A stretch of DNA of 64,000 nt, taken from Lingula anatina (lineage: Eukaryota > Animalia > Brachiopoda). The translations under genes and the position numbers were made by a program. Shown in pieces: positions 1 to 13,448 of the stretch (position 1 is its first letter; each line of letters opens with the position of its first letter). The DNA lies in contig CM120642.1 of the NCBI GenBank assembly GCA_051362555.1, positions 15,314,001 to 15,378,000 on the forward strand, written 5' to 3'. The notes beneath the pieces were generated by a model. That model was not told the origin of the DNA. It saw only the letters and a list, made by a program, of their open reading frames with translations, and ran no database searches.

Positions 1-463
1 TCAAATAACAGGGTAGGCCTTTTTCTCTCTTAAAAATTTCATGCATTTAATGCATTAATTGAATGGTGATGGCTCACACCCAGGGTTCGTTTTTATAAAA
101 AGGAATTTAAGAAAAAAACTTTCAGTTTAAGATAAACCTTTTGTAGTTCTCCTAAATAAAGTAAATGTATTTATTTGTTTCAATTATTTCAAACACAAGT
201 CACGTCTTTTCGTGTTTAAAATAACCTTATTATTTAGTTATAATCATATGAACAATAGTGATTCATTTTGGGTAAAAAAACAGAGTTTGGACTAAATATT
301 TAGGACAGTTGTCAAAATAAATGACAAAAATGTTTTACAACAGGACTTTGAGGATAAAAAACAACAAATGGATGTTCAATTTATGTCAGTTTTCGCAAAA
401 ACTGTTCATTTTGAAGGAGCAAAAGGTTCTCAGGTTAAAATGTAAACGATTCTTTTTTTCTAG

Positions 464-3400
464 GCCAAACATTTCTCAGAGCAGCTCGAGCAAAATTTGG
501 ATAAATTATCCGATGCTATACTTAAGAAAAAGGTATCTGGTGAAACGGCGTCCAATTTTACTACTCCTAAACTCTCCGTTACCCTTTACAAAAGTTTCAC
601 CACAGGATTAGACAATGGTAAGAACGTGTGTGCTTCCGTGCGTGCGTGCATGGTTGCATGTGTACGTGTGTGTACGTGCATATATTAACGGATTCGAACT
701 TGCAACTTTCATCTGCAAATGACTTCTGGTTTTTTCAGCATGCAGTTTACTCACTTAAACTAATGCCCTTATTGATTTTCAAACGCAATATGCCTACTAT
801 ATATTAAGGAGAGAAAATACCCAATCATTATACATACATAAATTTTAGCTACCTTCCGAACTGGGGGCTGCGGCTCATTTAAAATCGGATCCATGGAAGG
901 AATATTTAAGAACGGAAACAGTACACCGTACTTCGTTCAAGGAAAGGTAAGAAAAAGTGCACACAAATGCATATGGTAATGTGTGAACTTTAAGATAACC
1001 AGTAACTTTTTGGTTTCGAAATACCCTGATGTGGTAGTTAAGTAGATAAAGTTTAATAAATAAATAAATTGGCTTTTTGGTATATTAGGCGATTTTGTAG
1101 AGGAAAGGGCAAGCTCTAATAGTCGTATAAGGTGGGTGGCATTTTAAATCTACTAATCCCAAAATTAATATAATTAATGAATGATTTAAGTAATTTGTGG
1201 TAAGAACGCTTTTCCACGTACCTGTGTGTACTGATACGTAATGAAATTATATTTTTACCGTACTAGGCTCTGTTCCAAGAGAACAATACCAGAAATTGGG
1301 CAGAGGGGTCGGACGGAATCAAAAGCAATGTTTTAGCACTAGATTTTAAGGACGAAGATGGGAGACGCGTCGTTGTGAGTGACAGACCGGAAGAAATCGA
1401 GGTATGGATCAAGCAAAAGGGGGACAATGCTTCAGTAAATGAAGTACACGGTATCACCAGCAGGTTGGACGACCCAATGGGAGTGCACATAATTCCAATT
1501 CCGCAGTATGCTGCCGTGTTCCTAAAGATAAGAAGAGCGGAAAATGGCAACATATCAGGAAATTCGACCAATGCTACTAGTGAGGATCCTATGGAGCCAC
1601 TTAAATTTATTCTGTACGTCAAGAAAGGTAGTAAACCAACCGAAGAATCACATGATTGGAATTGCACGGTGGTGACGTCACTGATGCTTGATGATATTAC
1701 AGACGAATGTGGCCAAAAGGATAAGTTGAGTTTGGACACTTGCTTCTTTGATCACCATACACTGAATATGTGAGTAAACGTTCCTTCGCGTTTTTTTTCT
1801 GTTGTTGTATCTCATACAAACAATTCTTATCCCTGTAAAGTTATTCCTGTATGAACATGTCGGTTTATCACCTTTATAAGAAAGTAAATTACACGATAGT
1901 TTTTTTTTTTGTTTTTGTTTTTTTTTTTAATTTTAAGCCTTCTAAAGAATTTTTCATTAGTTAATGCTTTACTCAAAAACACGTTGGTTTACTTTAATTA
2001 AAGTCCTTGTTTAACATTTTTAAATACCAAAAAAGTATGTGCATGCTACAAGTATTAGGCTTGTATTATTCCCCTTGCTATGTCCTAACTATATACCTTG
2101 CACTAGCATTGTAGTCACTGTGGCTAACATTATATTTCAGAAGCACGGCACAAACAAATATGCTAAAAATATTTGACAATATTGAATAAAAATACATTGT
2201 ATTAGTACCGAACTACACTATTATAGACGCAATTTATTTTAGTATTTAACCATTTTGCATTTTAGTAAAAAAAATGCCGAAGCTAGTTTTAAATTAAATT
2301 AAAATTTAAAATTTTAATTACCAATAATTGATATAGTACAAAACATCTATGTCCATAAAAAAATGGAAGAATTTGTATTTTCTAGATCTTCAACTGAAAG
2401 TTTATATGTATCCCTACGATCCTATGGCAGCAATGAAACAGGAAACGGTACATCTGCAGGTATATATTATATTATATTATATTATATTATATTATATTAT
2501 ATTATATTATATTATATTATACTCAGGCCTACCCAACTACCAGACTCGGCACCTACAGATCCAGAATAAACCGGTATATCAGTCCACACTACCTGTTTTC
2601 AAGGTGTGTGTCAGATCGTATTACAGAGTATCAGCCACCACACCGATTTTGCCTGGTGCGCCATGTGATAGCGATGATCCTAAGCGGGGGAAAGTAGTGC
2701 ATCTCATCTTGATTCATGCGCTGCTGCAATTTCCCTGTTTATGCTAAAAATCTGACAATACCGCAATTGTTAAACATAAAATTTAGGTTCGAACATAGCC
2801 AGTGATGTTTTGTAAATAAGAACTTGCAAACTTATATTAATTTAGAAAAGTAGACCTAATTTTGATAGCGGAAGCATATTCTGTCGGGGGTTAAATATTT
2901 TCATGGCTAGCGGGATGGACAGGATTGAGGGAGTCGTCTGTCGCCATGTTGTTGTATTCATACGACTCCTACTTGACGAAAACGAGGCGCGATACCCGGA
3001 TGACAGGTAGGCTTACAAAATTTGTGATGGGGTATGATACTCTGTAATGCGATCTGACACACACCTTGAAAACGGGTAGTGTGGTCTGATATACCGGTTT
3101 ATTCTGGATCCGTAGGTGCCGAGTCTGGTAGTTGGGTAGGCCTGATACTAATAGAGCACAGCCCCGAGTAAACTTCGGAAGAACGAGCTTAGCTTCGCCT
3201 CGGATCCTCTTTCGCGGCACTTTGCCCTGTTCTCTGTAGTTCGTTCGGAACTGTGCTCTGTCCACCAAGGTATGAAATTCAAGCTTCTGTGATGCTTATT
3301 AATATATAAATTATTGATTCCATAGGTGATGCATTTTTAACAATTAAAACATGTAGAATATGTAATATTTTTTAATATTAAAATATAAAAAATTGTTAGC

Positions 3401-5088
3401 ATATTTGATTGGATTGTATGTTTTACCACTGAATGTTAAACCACTGAAATGTACTTTTGTGATCAAGATATTGCATCAGAAGAAGTCCTCGATCTGTTGA
3501 ACTCCAACGATCTGTTCAACACAAGCGTATCAGCTCACTATACAATGGAAGTCTTCACAACTACGTGTGTGTACTTTGACCCCGAAGCGGACAAGTGGTC
3601 CGCGTCCGGATGTAGGGTACGTCGACATCAAATTTTATATATTTAATGGGGAAATTGTCTAGTACTTACTAGATTTTATTTTTCATTATCAACTTACATG
3701 ATTTAAAAAAGTGGTCAGGATGGTTATGTTCCTTTTACATATACATATGAGATGAATGTCCTAAACTTATTTAATTTTGAACGCTCAATTCAAGCGTGGG
3801 CTCGAAATAGGACATTACGTTTTAGACTAACTTTGTGGATAACGCAATCCAAAGATTCCACGGTTCGTGTCAGATTTACATAAGGGAGTTTGACTAAGCC
3901 TCCCCTTCTCCCCCCTAGGCTCGTATAAGAAATAGCGCAGCAAGACGCGTCTGGTTTGTCATTTTCTCCGGTGTAAATTTATTGATAGACAGTTCCTGAA
4001 TAATGGTCCCTATATAACACTACAATACTAGTATCGTAAATTTATAACACCTTTCATTATAACCTAAAGCGTGTTGAGGTCAAATGCAAAAGTGAACATC
4101 ACATACTTACAGGTAGGCCAGCTGTCGTCCATCCAAGCGACGCAGTGTTTCTGCAATCATCTGACATCATTTGCCGCTACCTTTTACGTTCCAATGAACA
4201 CCTTTGATCCTGCAAAATCTGTCTTCTCAAATATCAATTATTTGAATGACAATCCCCTCGTGTTCACGTTCTGTATTTCGGCTGTGGCTGTGTATATTGT
4301 TCTTGTGATATGGGCAAGGAAGGCGGACAAGATGGATGTTCTGAAGGTAACAACAGAAATTCAGTCCACAGAATTTTGAGTGAGATTTTATTAAAGTATT
4401 AATAAAAATGAAAAAATAATTTTTGGCTAAGTCCATACATGTAACATTCAGCTCTACTACTGTAGCCATCACAGTAACGAATGATCTCGGTGAGCGTACA
4501 TTGTGAAACTTATAAGTAGTACTGAAATGGAAAATGTTTAATCTGTAGTGTAATACTATAATAATTTTACACGAGTGTCAAATTTTTCAACGGTAAATGA
4601 TTGCGTTGTAAATTGAAAATAAAAATGTATTTTGGTCTTATCATGATCTCTAAAATTCTATGTTGTTTGTTTTGTTAAAAAAGTATCCATTATTTTACTT
4701 GATGTTAATGTGTAATAGTTTCTCCTCCCCCCCCCCCCCCAGACTGGTGTGTTACCTCTCCCAGATAACGAGCCTCATCACACATATGGCTACGAGGTGA
4801 CGGTATGGACAGGACACAGGAGAGGCGCAGGTGCGTGCTGTGGTCTTTTTGTTTGTTTGTTTGTTTTTTGTTGTTGTTTTTTTTTTTTTTTTTTTTTTGT
4901 AATTTCTCTTTATTTCGTACTCAGTAATTGAGATAGAGGTAGGGCGACTTTTCTATTTGGCTTCGTAATTTGAAGAAGGTTGTCATGGTGACTTCTGTTA
5001 AATCCCAATTTTCAATTGATGATGCTGTTTCTGGCAATCAAAAAGCTTTGAATCTGAATCTCCCCCCCCCCCCCCCCTCCAAAAGGAA

Positions 5089-5122
<34 letters not shown>

Positions 5123-5446
5123 CGTAAATAAAGAGAAGGAAACAAGAAAAAACGTCACCCCGGTTACAGTGCTGATATTTGTTTTTTGTTTGTTGATTTT
5201 AGGAACGACGGCCCATGTCTCATTTATCCTGACAGGAGATCAAGATGAGACCGATCCACGAACATTCCACTGCGTCCACCGCAAGATTCTAAAACGTGAA
5301 AGCATAGATTCTTTCCTAATGACAACCAGTAAGCCCCTGGGAAAACTGTCCCATCTCAGGTAAATAAATACAAGTGCACTACATACGTGCAGTGCATTTA
5401 ATCATCATTGCAGTTGCATGATATATGGGGCATTTAGCGTTATGGA

Positions 5447-5489
<43 letters not shown>

Positions 5490-8400
5490 TTCGTGCATCG
5501 CTAATGGAAAACATTCGTAGTATCTATAAGATATATGCAGTATAACATCCTGTAAATAGTGACGATTGTGGACGATTGAGGACCACGAGAGCATTAATTC
5601 GTCTGTGCTTTTGTAAATTTATAAAATACCACGACTAACATAAGAATAAGACGCAGAAATAGCAATCCACTTCCAAATGGTCTTTACACATCTAATACGT
5701 CACGTTATATATCCTCATTTACAGAATTTGGCACGATAACCATGGCAACAGCCCCTCGTGGTACTTCAGCAGAATGCTGGTCGAGGATCTGCAATCTAAT
5801 GAGAAGTACTACTTCATATGTAATCGCTGGCTGGCAGTGGAGGAGGACGACGGAATGGTAAGTGCCACTACATAATTTCCTTCTGAAATTACAAGAGGAA
5901 TATCTAATCTTAGCAAGCAATGATTAACGTTTATCTCGGCCGTTTACGAATATAATAGGTAGCTTCTTTTTTACAAAAATTCATATTACGGTTTGTTTCT
6001 TTATTTCTTTATTTCTTTTAGCAGCTTTGTTTCTTACTAAGCATTCTTTTAACTGATTGTTTCAACTTGTGCAGTAAGCATATTTAAGTATTTGAATATG
6101 AAAGCAAATTATCATCATTCTTTGCTATGCTATTTTAGGTGGACAGAATCATTCCAGTAGCAGGAAGAGTAGAACTGGTCAGTTTTGACCACCTATTTTG
6201 GACGAAGACGCGGAGAAATCTGTACGATGGTCATATCTGGATCTCGGTTGTCAACCGCCCTCCACGCAGCCGGTTCACGCGTGTCCAGCGCCTCACGTGC
6301 TGCGTGTCTCTACTTTTCTGCACCATGGCGACCAATATCATGTTTTATGGGCAAGAAGATAAAGTTGAAAAGCCAGAGGTGATCCGACTGGGCCCGGTGA
6401 CCGTCACTCTACAATCTATCTACATAGGAGTCGTCAGTAGTTTGATTGTCTTTCCAATAAACCTGATAATTGTCTCATTTTTCCGCTACTCTGGTCCTAG
6501 AACGCCCAAGAAAAGGCCATCTGTTTCGGAGAGTAACCTCGATCTTCAAGAAAACCAGCACGATATTCAGGACGCCGAAAACATTCAAGAGCTCCAACAG
6601 CAGGCGAATTACCTCGGCAACGATGACGGTGAAAAGGGGGAAAGGCCATTAACAACAACTCCAGTTGGGTCCAGTCAAATCAACTTCGTAGCCCCACTTT
6701 CTCCAAAGTACCCTCCACGCTCGCCACTCGTTCAGGGTCGTGAAAAGAAAGAGAAGAAAAAATTTCAGTTCCCGTGGTGGGTGATATTCATCGCCTATGG
6801 TTTATCCTTTGCGTCCGTGGGTGGGTCATTGTACTACTGCACAGAGATAGCGTTTACATTTGGACCGGAGAAGTCGAAAGATTGGCTCGTGTCCCTTATC
6901 GTGGGATTAGTGGAATCTGTTTTGATGCTACAACCTGTTAAGGTAATTTAAATTTTCCTGTCGACGTGTCCATTAACTGCCTCGTTTCCTCATATATATA
7001 TTTACTGTAGTTATGAAAGGTCATAATAAAACGATTATTTTTTTAACTGAAATTGGCGCTGTAAATGGAATTAATTTTTTATGCTGTAGTAAATTAAGTC
7101 AAATGTCTTAATGTGGCAGAGGAAATGTATCTTCACTTAACTTTTTAAAGAAGTCAGAAGTGCAAATATTGGCCTTTTCTCGAAAACTTTTCTTATTTCA
7201 TTTTAGGTGATTATCTTAGCCATGGTTTACGCTATCATTATAAAGAAACCGGATAAGGATGAAGATGAAGATAACCCAGAATTAAAAGATGACGAAGAGT
7301 ATATTAAAGTACCACCACTGTCAACGGATACTACTTCTAAGAGGAGGGCTCCACTGCCACCAGACGAAGGGGCCCTCTTAGAGGCTAGGTTACTGAGGTA
7401 CTCGTTAATTATATGTGCAATACCGTACTACATGTAATATCTATACGGCGTAAAGGTATTGTGAGCCTTTATCATCATCCAGATACCGAAAATGAGTTTT
7501 TCGTGCATCTAATTATTAAAAACAAATGCGTCCGTCTTTGTGCTAATTTAAAACAATAAGAAAATCCCCTAGAAATAAAGAAGGATGACTGTCTGTCATG
7601 TTTCAGATTCAAGGAAATGAAGATGCACGCAGTTATTCGCGAGATAGTGTTGTATATGGTGTATTTGTTCCTGCTTATGATGTGTGCATATGGCAATCAA
7701 GACCCAGTGTATTACCATCTTAAGAATTCCTGTGAAAACACGTTCGTCAGAAGCAACTATCCGGAAGATCTGAAATTTTCTATGGAAAAGGTAAATACGT
7801 CCTTTAGATGATTTTACTGTCAGATAGGGGGTGTTTGTGCTCCTCAAACTGAAACAAAAAATCGACTAATCTACGTTACAATAACTGAGGACCTGTAAAT
7901 TTCTCCCCTTCACACAAAACGCCTTTGGGTTTTGGTTTTAATGTTTTTGTAGTCTTTAAAACTCTTCATGCCTCTATTTTCAGAGGTTGCTTAAACAAAC
8001 TTTGCAATCATCGCGCCTCTGACCATTTTCAGTTACACTAAAAACATTTTTTAAAATGGTATGACCATTAATTTTCAGCGTAGAGGAGTGCAGAAAAGGG
8101 TCTTGTTTATAAAGCACGTTTGGTATTTTTTCAAGTCAAAACAAGATAGAATGATGGTCGGTAAAAAGGCCCCTACTAAATGCATCATACTGTCGATATC
8201 GACGAGAACATCCCATGTTTATTCTAGCTTTTCTCGCACAGGATTTTTCATGGGCGGTTCCTTTTCATATTTCAGGTTGTAGACAGAAAATCATTTTGGG
8301 TGTGGACTGATAAGATTCTACTCCCAGCTCTTTACGAAAGACAGTGGTACAACGGCCAGATAGACCCTGGAAAATTCGTGGCAGATCGGCAAAACTTCTT

Positions 8401-9375
8401 GGTCGGTACAGCACGTCTTCGCCAAGTCAGAATCAAGCCGGGTATGTGGATAGTCATTTCCTGTGACTGATATATAAATATGATATATGAATATGTATGT
8501 ATTTTCTGTGCATTTGCCAGCTTTGCTGTAAATTTTTTTTTTGTATAAGAATTAGGCTGACCTGACAATTCTTTTGTAAAGGATGGGTTTCCATGGTGTC
8601 CTCGAGCGCGTTATTATCCCATTTGTTTATTTGTTTTAACAAACAGTTACATTATTTTCAAGTTTTTTTACGTTAAAAAACATCGAAATTTGCCTAAATT
8701 GGGATGAGTCTGATTTAGCAACATTATTATTACTAAAACTACGTATTGTTTCAGTTTCTTGTAAGCCCCCCAAGGCAATGGCACCCTACGTGACAGCTTG
8801 CCGTGCACCTTACAACTACTTGGACGAGGACCAAGCGGCCTATGGAGGAGGATGGCGTGCTCTGAACAATTCAGGTACTACGGATCCATTGTAATTGTAT
8901 AACTTAACGTCCTCTTTCTAACAAAAAATTCGAACAAGGAGTTCAGCTATTTGTGAATTTATTTACAGCGTTAAGGGCGAAAGGGTTTTTAATTTGCATG
9001 AAAAATTTCCTGATACGAATTCAAATCGCATTTTTGATCCCCTTTCCGTAATATGTGTTGTGAAATCCACTTGAATTATGAAAAACCAATCATTACAGCG
9101 GACTCAAACTCGCCTAATGCCTGGGGGTTCCAGAGTGCGATCGACCTGGCGAGCTATCCCTTCATGGGCGATAAAACTTGGTATGGTGGCGGCGGCTACG
9201 TGGCAGATCTCGGAAGCTCTGAAGCAACGGCCAGGACAACCATAGAGCGCCTGTTCCAGGAACGCTGGGTCGATCTTTTCACCCGCGCCGTGTTTGTGGA
9301 GTTTGTACTTTATAATGCTAACAAGAACGTCTTCATTGTGTCGCAGATTGTGATCGAGTTTCTAGAGACTGGAGG

Positions 9376-9429
<54 letters not shown>

Positions 9430-10609
9430 GAAAAAAGGATGTTTTAAAATTGGCACTTTCATCTATTTGTGACATTTAATTTAAACCAATTAAACTCATC
9501 CGTATCAAATTAAAAGACGTGCATTCTATATGCATCATTCTTGCATAGTACATTTCAAACATAATGGAAATGAAGACGTAAAATCATCACACGTCACGCG
9601 CGCTTGTCAATTTCTCCCTAGGTGCCTTTCCGAACCCTAGGTTCCACGTTTTCCGTCTGGACCGATACGTGGGGCCTTTCATGTACGTGATCATGGCCGC
9701 TGAAATACTAACCGCTTGCTTCACGCTGTATTTCCTTGTCTTGGAGTTCAAGAAGCTGCGTAATGAGCGGTGCCAGTATTTTACGGTAATTAAAAGATAA
9801 CTCGGGTTATTGGGTTTTTCTTTTCATTATCTTTAAAAAATTGAATTAATGCAAAATGATTTCCAATATAATAAAAGTAGGAAACAAAAGAAGTGAGTAA
9901 AAAGTTGAAAATTAAAAAATAGATAAAAACCTAAGAAATGTCATCGTGTTAGATCGTGGCGGCTCTGATGCGTCCCGGCTTTTTTTATGTTGGTAGGCAC
10001 TTGTTTATGACAAAGAAACAGGATTTATATCACAAACCAGTGATCATGAGGCAAGTCAGAGGAATACGGATTGTTGTATTTTCATTGCTTCTCAGTTAAA
10101 TGTGAATTGAGCACATTATTCTTACATTTGTAACAATACCGAAAGTGACTTTTTTTTTCTAAAGGGCAATGTTTTATCTGGAGCTTTTTTTTTTTCAGGG
10201 ATTCTGGAATGTGGTAGAAGCCATCCTAGTTAGTCTCATTTTGGTGACTGTCGTCATCTTCGTGTACAAGTTGGTTTCTGCAACTCTCTTGATGGACGAG
10301 ATACGAGAAAATCCAGACACATTTCACAATATGCAGTACGCCGTTTTATGGGATGAGGTACCTGTCTGTCTGTCCGTCCGTCTGCCCCGTGTTCAATGTT
10401 TTACGAAATCAAGATTCCTTTACAGCACCTTTAAAGATAATATTTAGCAAGAAACACAAAGCAAAAGGATGAACCATTAGGATGCAACAAGAGTTTTTTG
10501 AATTTGGATTTAACAGATAAATATTCGGCATTTGAAATACGCCCTTGTATCACAAATTGCGTTTTACTGTCCACATGGGATTCGCTGGTTGCTTGTAATT
10601 CTCAATAAC

Positions 10610-10646
<37 letters not shown>

Positions 10647-11987
10647 CTCATGTCAAAATTCTGATACATTTTCAGCTTTACAGCTTCTTACTGGGATTCA
10701 TCGTATTCCTTGCGAACCTGAAGTTCCTCAAACTGCTGCGGTTCAACAAGCGAACCTCCATGCTCGCCGACGTACTCCGCGAGACAGCTAAGCCCTTGGC
10801 GTACTTCATGGCCATGTTCTGTATAGTGTTCATGGGGTTTGTCAGCTGTGCCTATCTCCTATTTAGTTCAAAGCTGCTGAACTACATGAACGTCGTCAGT
10901 GTTGCTGAGACACTGTTGGTAATGGTTTTGAGTAAGTAGTTATATGCTGAGATACAATGTAAGTTATGCAAAATAAGCATGAAAAGAAGACTGGTTTCTT
11001 TCAGTCAAATTGAAATACAGACACTGAAATTCCCAAAATTTAACATTTCATTATTTGGTTCTTCTGGATTTTGAAAACTAACACAACGTTAAAAGACACA
11101 AATTCTAGAAATGTTAGATTTTCATACGAGACCCATATAACATACACTTTACCATGCAAGAACCAATTCAAAATTCACCCATTACTAAAGTGACCAGTGT
11201 TGCTTTATTTCAGACAAATTCGACTACTCAGCCGTTGCAGAGGCAGATGGAACCCTTGGGCCCATCTTCTTTCTATGTTACGTTGTCATGGTATCCTTCA
11301 TCCTGATCAACATGTTCCTGTCAATAATCATGGAAGCGTTCACAATGGTGCGGCAGGACCTAGACCGGCAGTCGAACGACTATGAAATAGTTCAGTTCAT
11401 GGTACAAAGGCTCAAGGCGTTCATTGGGGTCGGAGGGGAGAGGGCCAACCAAAACACTGTGAATTCAGTCTATTATGAAGAAGGTATATTGGTTACATTT
11501 AATCTGCAGGCCTACTCTTTACCTGCAATCGATATAGCTGATGGTCCCCAGAGATTTCTGAAACCAGTATGTGAAAGGAAAAAATGAAAATAATGCATGT
11601 AGCTGTCGACTAGACTCTTCTCATCCATTCTAAGAAAGTGTATTAAATGGCGTTAGCATTGTTTTAAAACTTTTGGTAGGAACATCTAAAATGAGCAATC
11701 CACACGATATAAATTAACTTCTTCCCAACCGCCAAATTCACGACCATTGCATAATTTCGATTAAAAAAAAACGTTTATGGTGTTAAGACAAAAAATGAGC
11801 TTTTGTCATTCACGTTGCAGTTGCAGGCAGCGGTTACCGCAGTGAGAACGCAGAGGAACTGAACCAGAAGCTGGAGAGCCTTCTGGGTCACTTGACTGGG
11901 ATTTTCTACACTGACACCCAATCAAAGGAAGTTTTGAAAACCGGACCAGAAAAGAAGAAAAAGAAACAATTGTTCAGCTCTGATTAA
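464..11987 (+). CDS. Polycystin-1-like (PKD1L2-like) protein, 3' part; the gene begins upstream of the window. Exons approx. 464-617, 849-946, 1267-1769, 2386-2459, 3468-3616, 4113-4346, 4743-4830, 5203-5359, 5725-5857, 6139-6942, 7207-7397, 7607-7790, 8276-8441, 8755-8874, 9099-9374, 9622-9785, 10199-10357, 10676-10931, 11214-11483, 11821-11987
   Basis: GT-AG exon chain. GPS motif (CVYFD..KWSASGC / TQCFCNHLTSFA). TM1 followed by a PLAT domain (YEVTVWTG..GAGTTAHV, IWHDNHGNSPSWY, CNRWLAVEEDDG). PKD1-family RSRFTRVQRLTCC motif. Polycystin channel region (YGGGGY, RWVDLFTRAVFVEF, LKLLRFNKR, NMFLSII). Stop TAA at 11985-11987. Confidence 0.93.
2461..2520 (+). repeat. (ATATT)n microsatellite directly after a splice donor
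   Basis: About 11 tandem ATATT units. Confidence 0.95.
2524..3144. mobile_element. Non-autonomous DNA transposon with ~109-bp TIRs and 5-bp TSD (hAT5-like)
   Basis: 2524-2632 (CAGGCCTACCCAACTACCAGACTCGGCACC...) is the near-perfect reverse complement of 3035-3144. ATACT flanks both sides (2519-2523, 3145-3149). Confidence 0.88.
5449..5486 (+). repeat. (GT)n microsatellite
   Basis: Direct reading. Confidence 0.95.
9377..9429 (+). repeat. (CT)n(CA)n compound microsatellite at an intron start
   Basis: Direct reading. Confidence 0.9.
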
Positions 11988-12277
11988 AGTAGACGTTTCG
12001 CATACAAGTGTGTTATGGACATTATGGTACATAAAAGGAAGGCTTAAAAGACATTACATTACACCAAAAATGCTCTATTCCCCTTTAAAAGATAACCTGA
12101 GGTCAAAATTATGCTACCGTGAGTAGTACATATTCACCCTATTAGCACCGTTTAAGACTAATTCATTGGCGTTTTTTTCCCTTAATGTTGTCCAAAAATT
12201 TTTTGACGGGATCCAACTCAGATTGACCATGTACTAGTGTATGTAATATGCTGGATTATTATATATATATTATTATA

Positions 12278-12405
12278 CATGGGTGAAAGTTGTACTCAGT
12301 AAAAGCTGAAAATCTTGAAAACGTAGATTGCAATTTCTCATTGCATTTAGACCAAAGCAACATGAAGACTGAAATCAGGCATAATCCTGAAAACTTTCAC
12401 CCATG
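12278..12405. mobile_element. Short MITE with TA TSD (Tc1/mariner-like) in the probable 3' UTR of the polycystin gene
   Basis: ta-CATGGGTGAAAGT ... ACTTTCACCCATG-ta: perfect 13-bp TIR. Confidence 0.65.
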
Positions 12406-13448
12406 TAAATACTGATGAATTTGAAAACCTTCTTGTTTCTATATAATCAATGTATAAAAACCAAGACTGTCTATTCTGTGTAAGATACTATGATAATGTA
12501 GAAACTTGAGGTGTGCAATCTGCCAGTATTCTAGTAATAAACTTACTATCTGCAATTATACAATTTTTGCCTCACTTACAGAATTACAAAAACTTTTAGT
12601 CCTTTTAATTAAATTTTTCTTTATTGAATGCAAATAACATGCCAAAAACATATAATATAATATTTCAAAATATTGTGTGAAATATCAATAAATATGAAAA
12701 TGAAAAGTTTATATTTTAATATAAAGAGATGAAGATGGGGGTTATCTTTTTAATGGAACAAGATATACCAATGGGATACATACCAATAAAAAGTTTATTT
12801 CAGTTAATTTCATATCATTATTATATTTCTGCATTATAGTTTTGTAAGGAGATTTAATGCTAAATTTCTTTTTCTCAGAGAAAAATTTACACCACTGTCA
12901 AAAAATAATTTAGACCTCCAACCTATAAAAGAATTTATTTGTTAGATCTAAGCTTCGTCTTTGAGAATGTGCCTGGGATTTCATAATAACAGCTCCATTT
13001 TCAAACTACAATTGCTTCAGTCATGATAGGTGATAGGGGGTATTGTCAAAGTGGAAAATTTGTAAATTGGGATGTTTTTGGCAAGAATTCGAGACAAATC
13101 TTTGTTGATCCTAATGGGGGCTTACAAACCCTGCTATCTAAGCGTGTATGTGTAGTGAACATCAAGTTATATTGCATTATATCTCCTTACATAGCTGTTA
13201 TGTAATAAAATAATGATATGAATAGCTAAGGCACCCCCTGTCTTCATCCTTAATCAAATCACATGCTCTTAATACAATGCAAAGTACTAGATAGTAACTG
13301 TCTTGTTTAATATACTCATAAAACCATACAACTTAATCAAAAATAAATTACCATGATTTCTTACTGAATTTCAAAATATAAGCTGTTAAAAACAACATAA
13401 AATAAACTCTTTTGTATAATTAATACTGTTAAGCAGGTAATACCACCA

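Noticed and set aside
1263-1739. 158-aa minus-strand ORF
   Set aside because: Antisense shadow of polycystin exon 1267-1769
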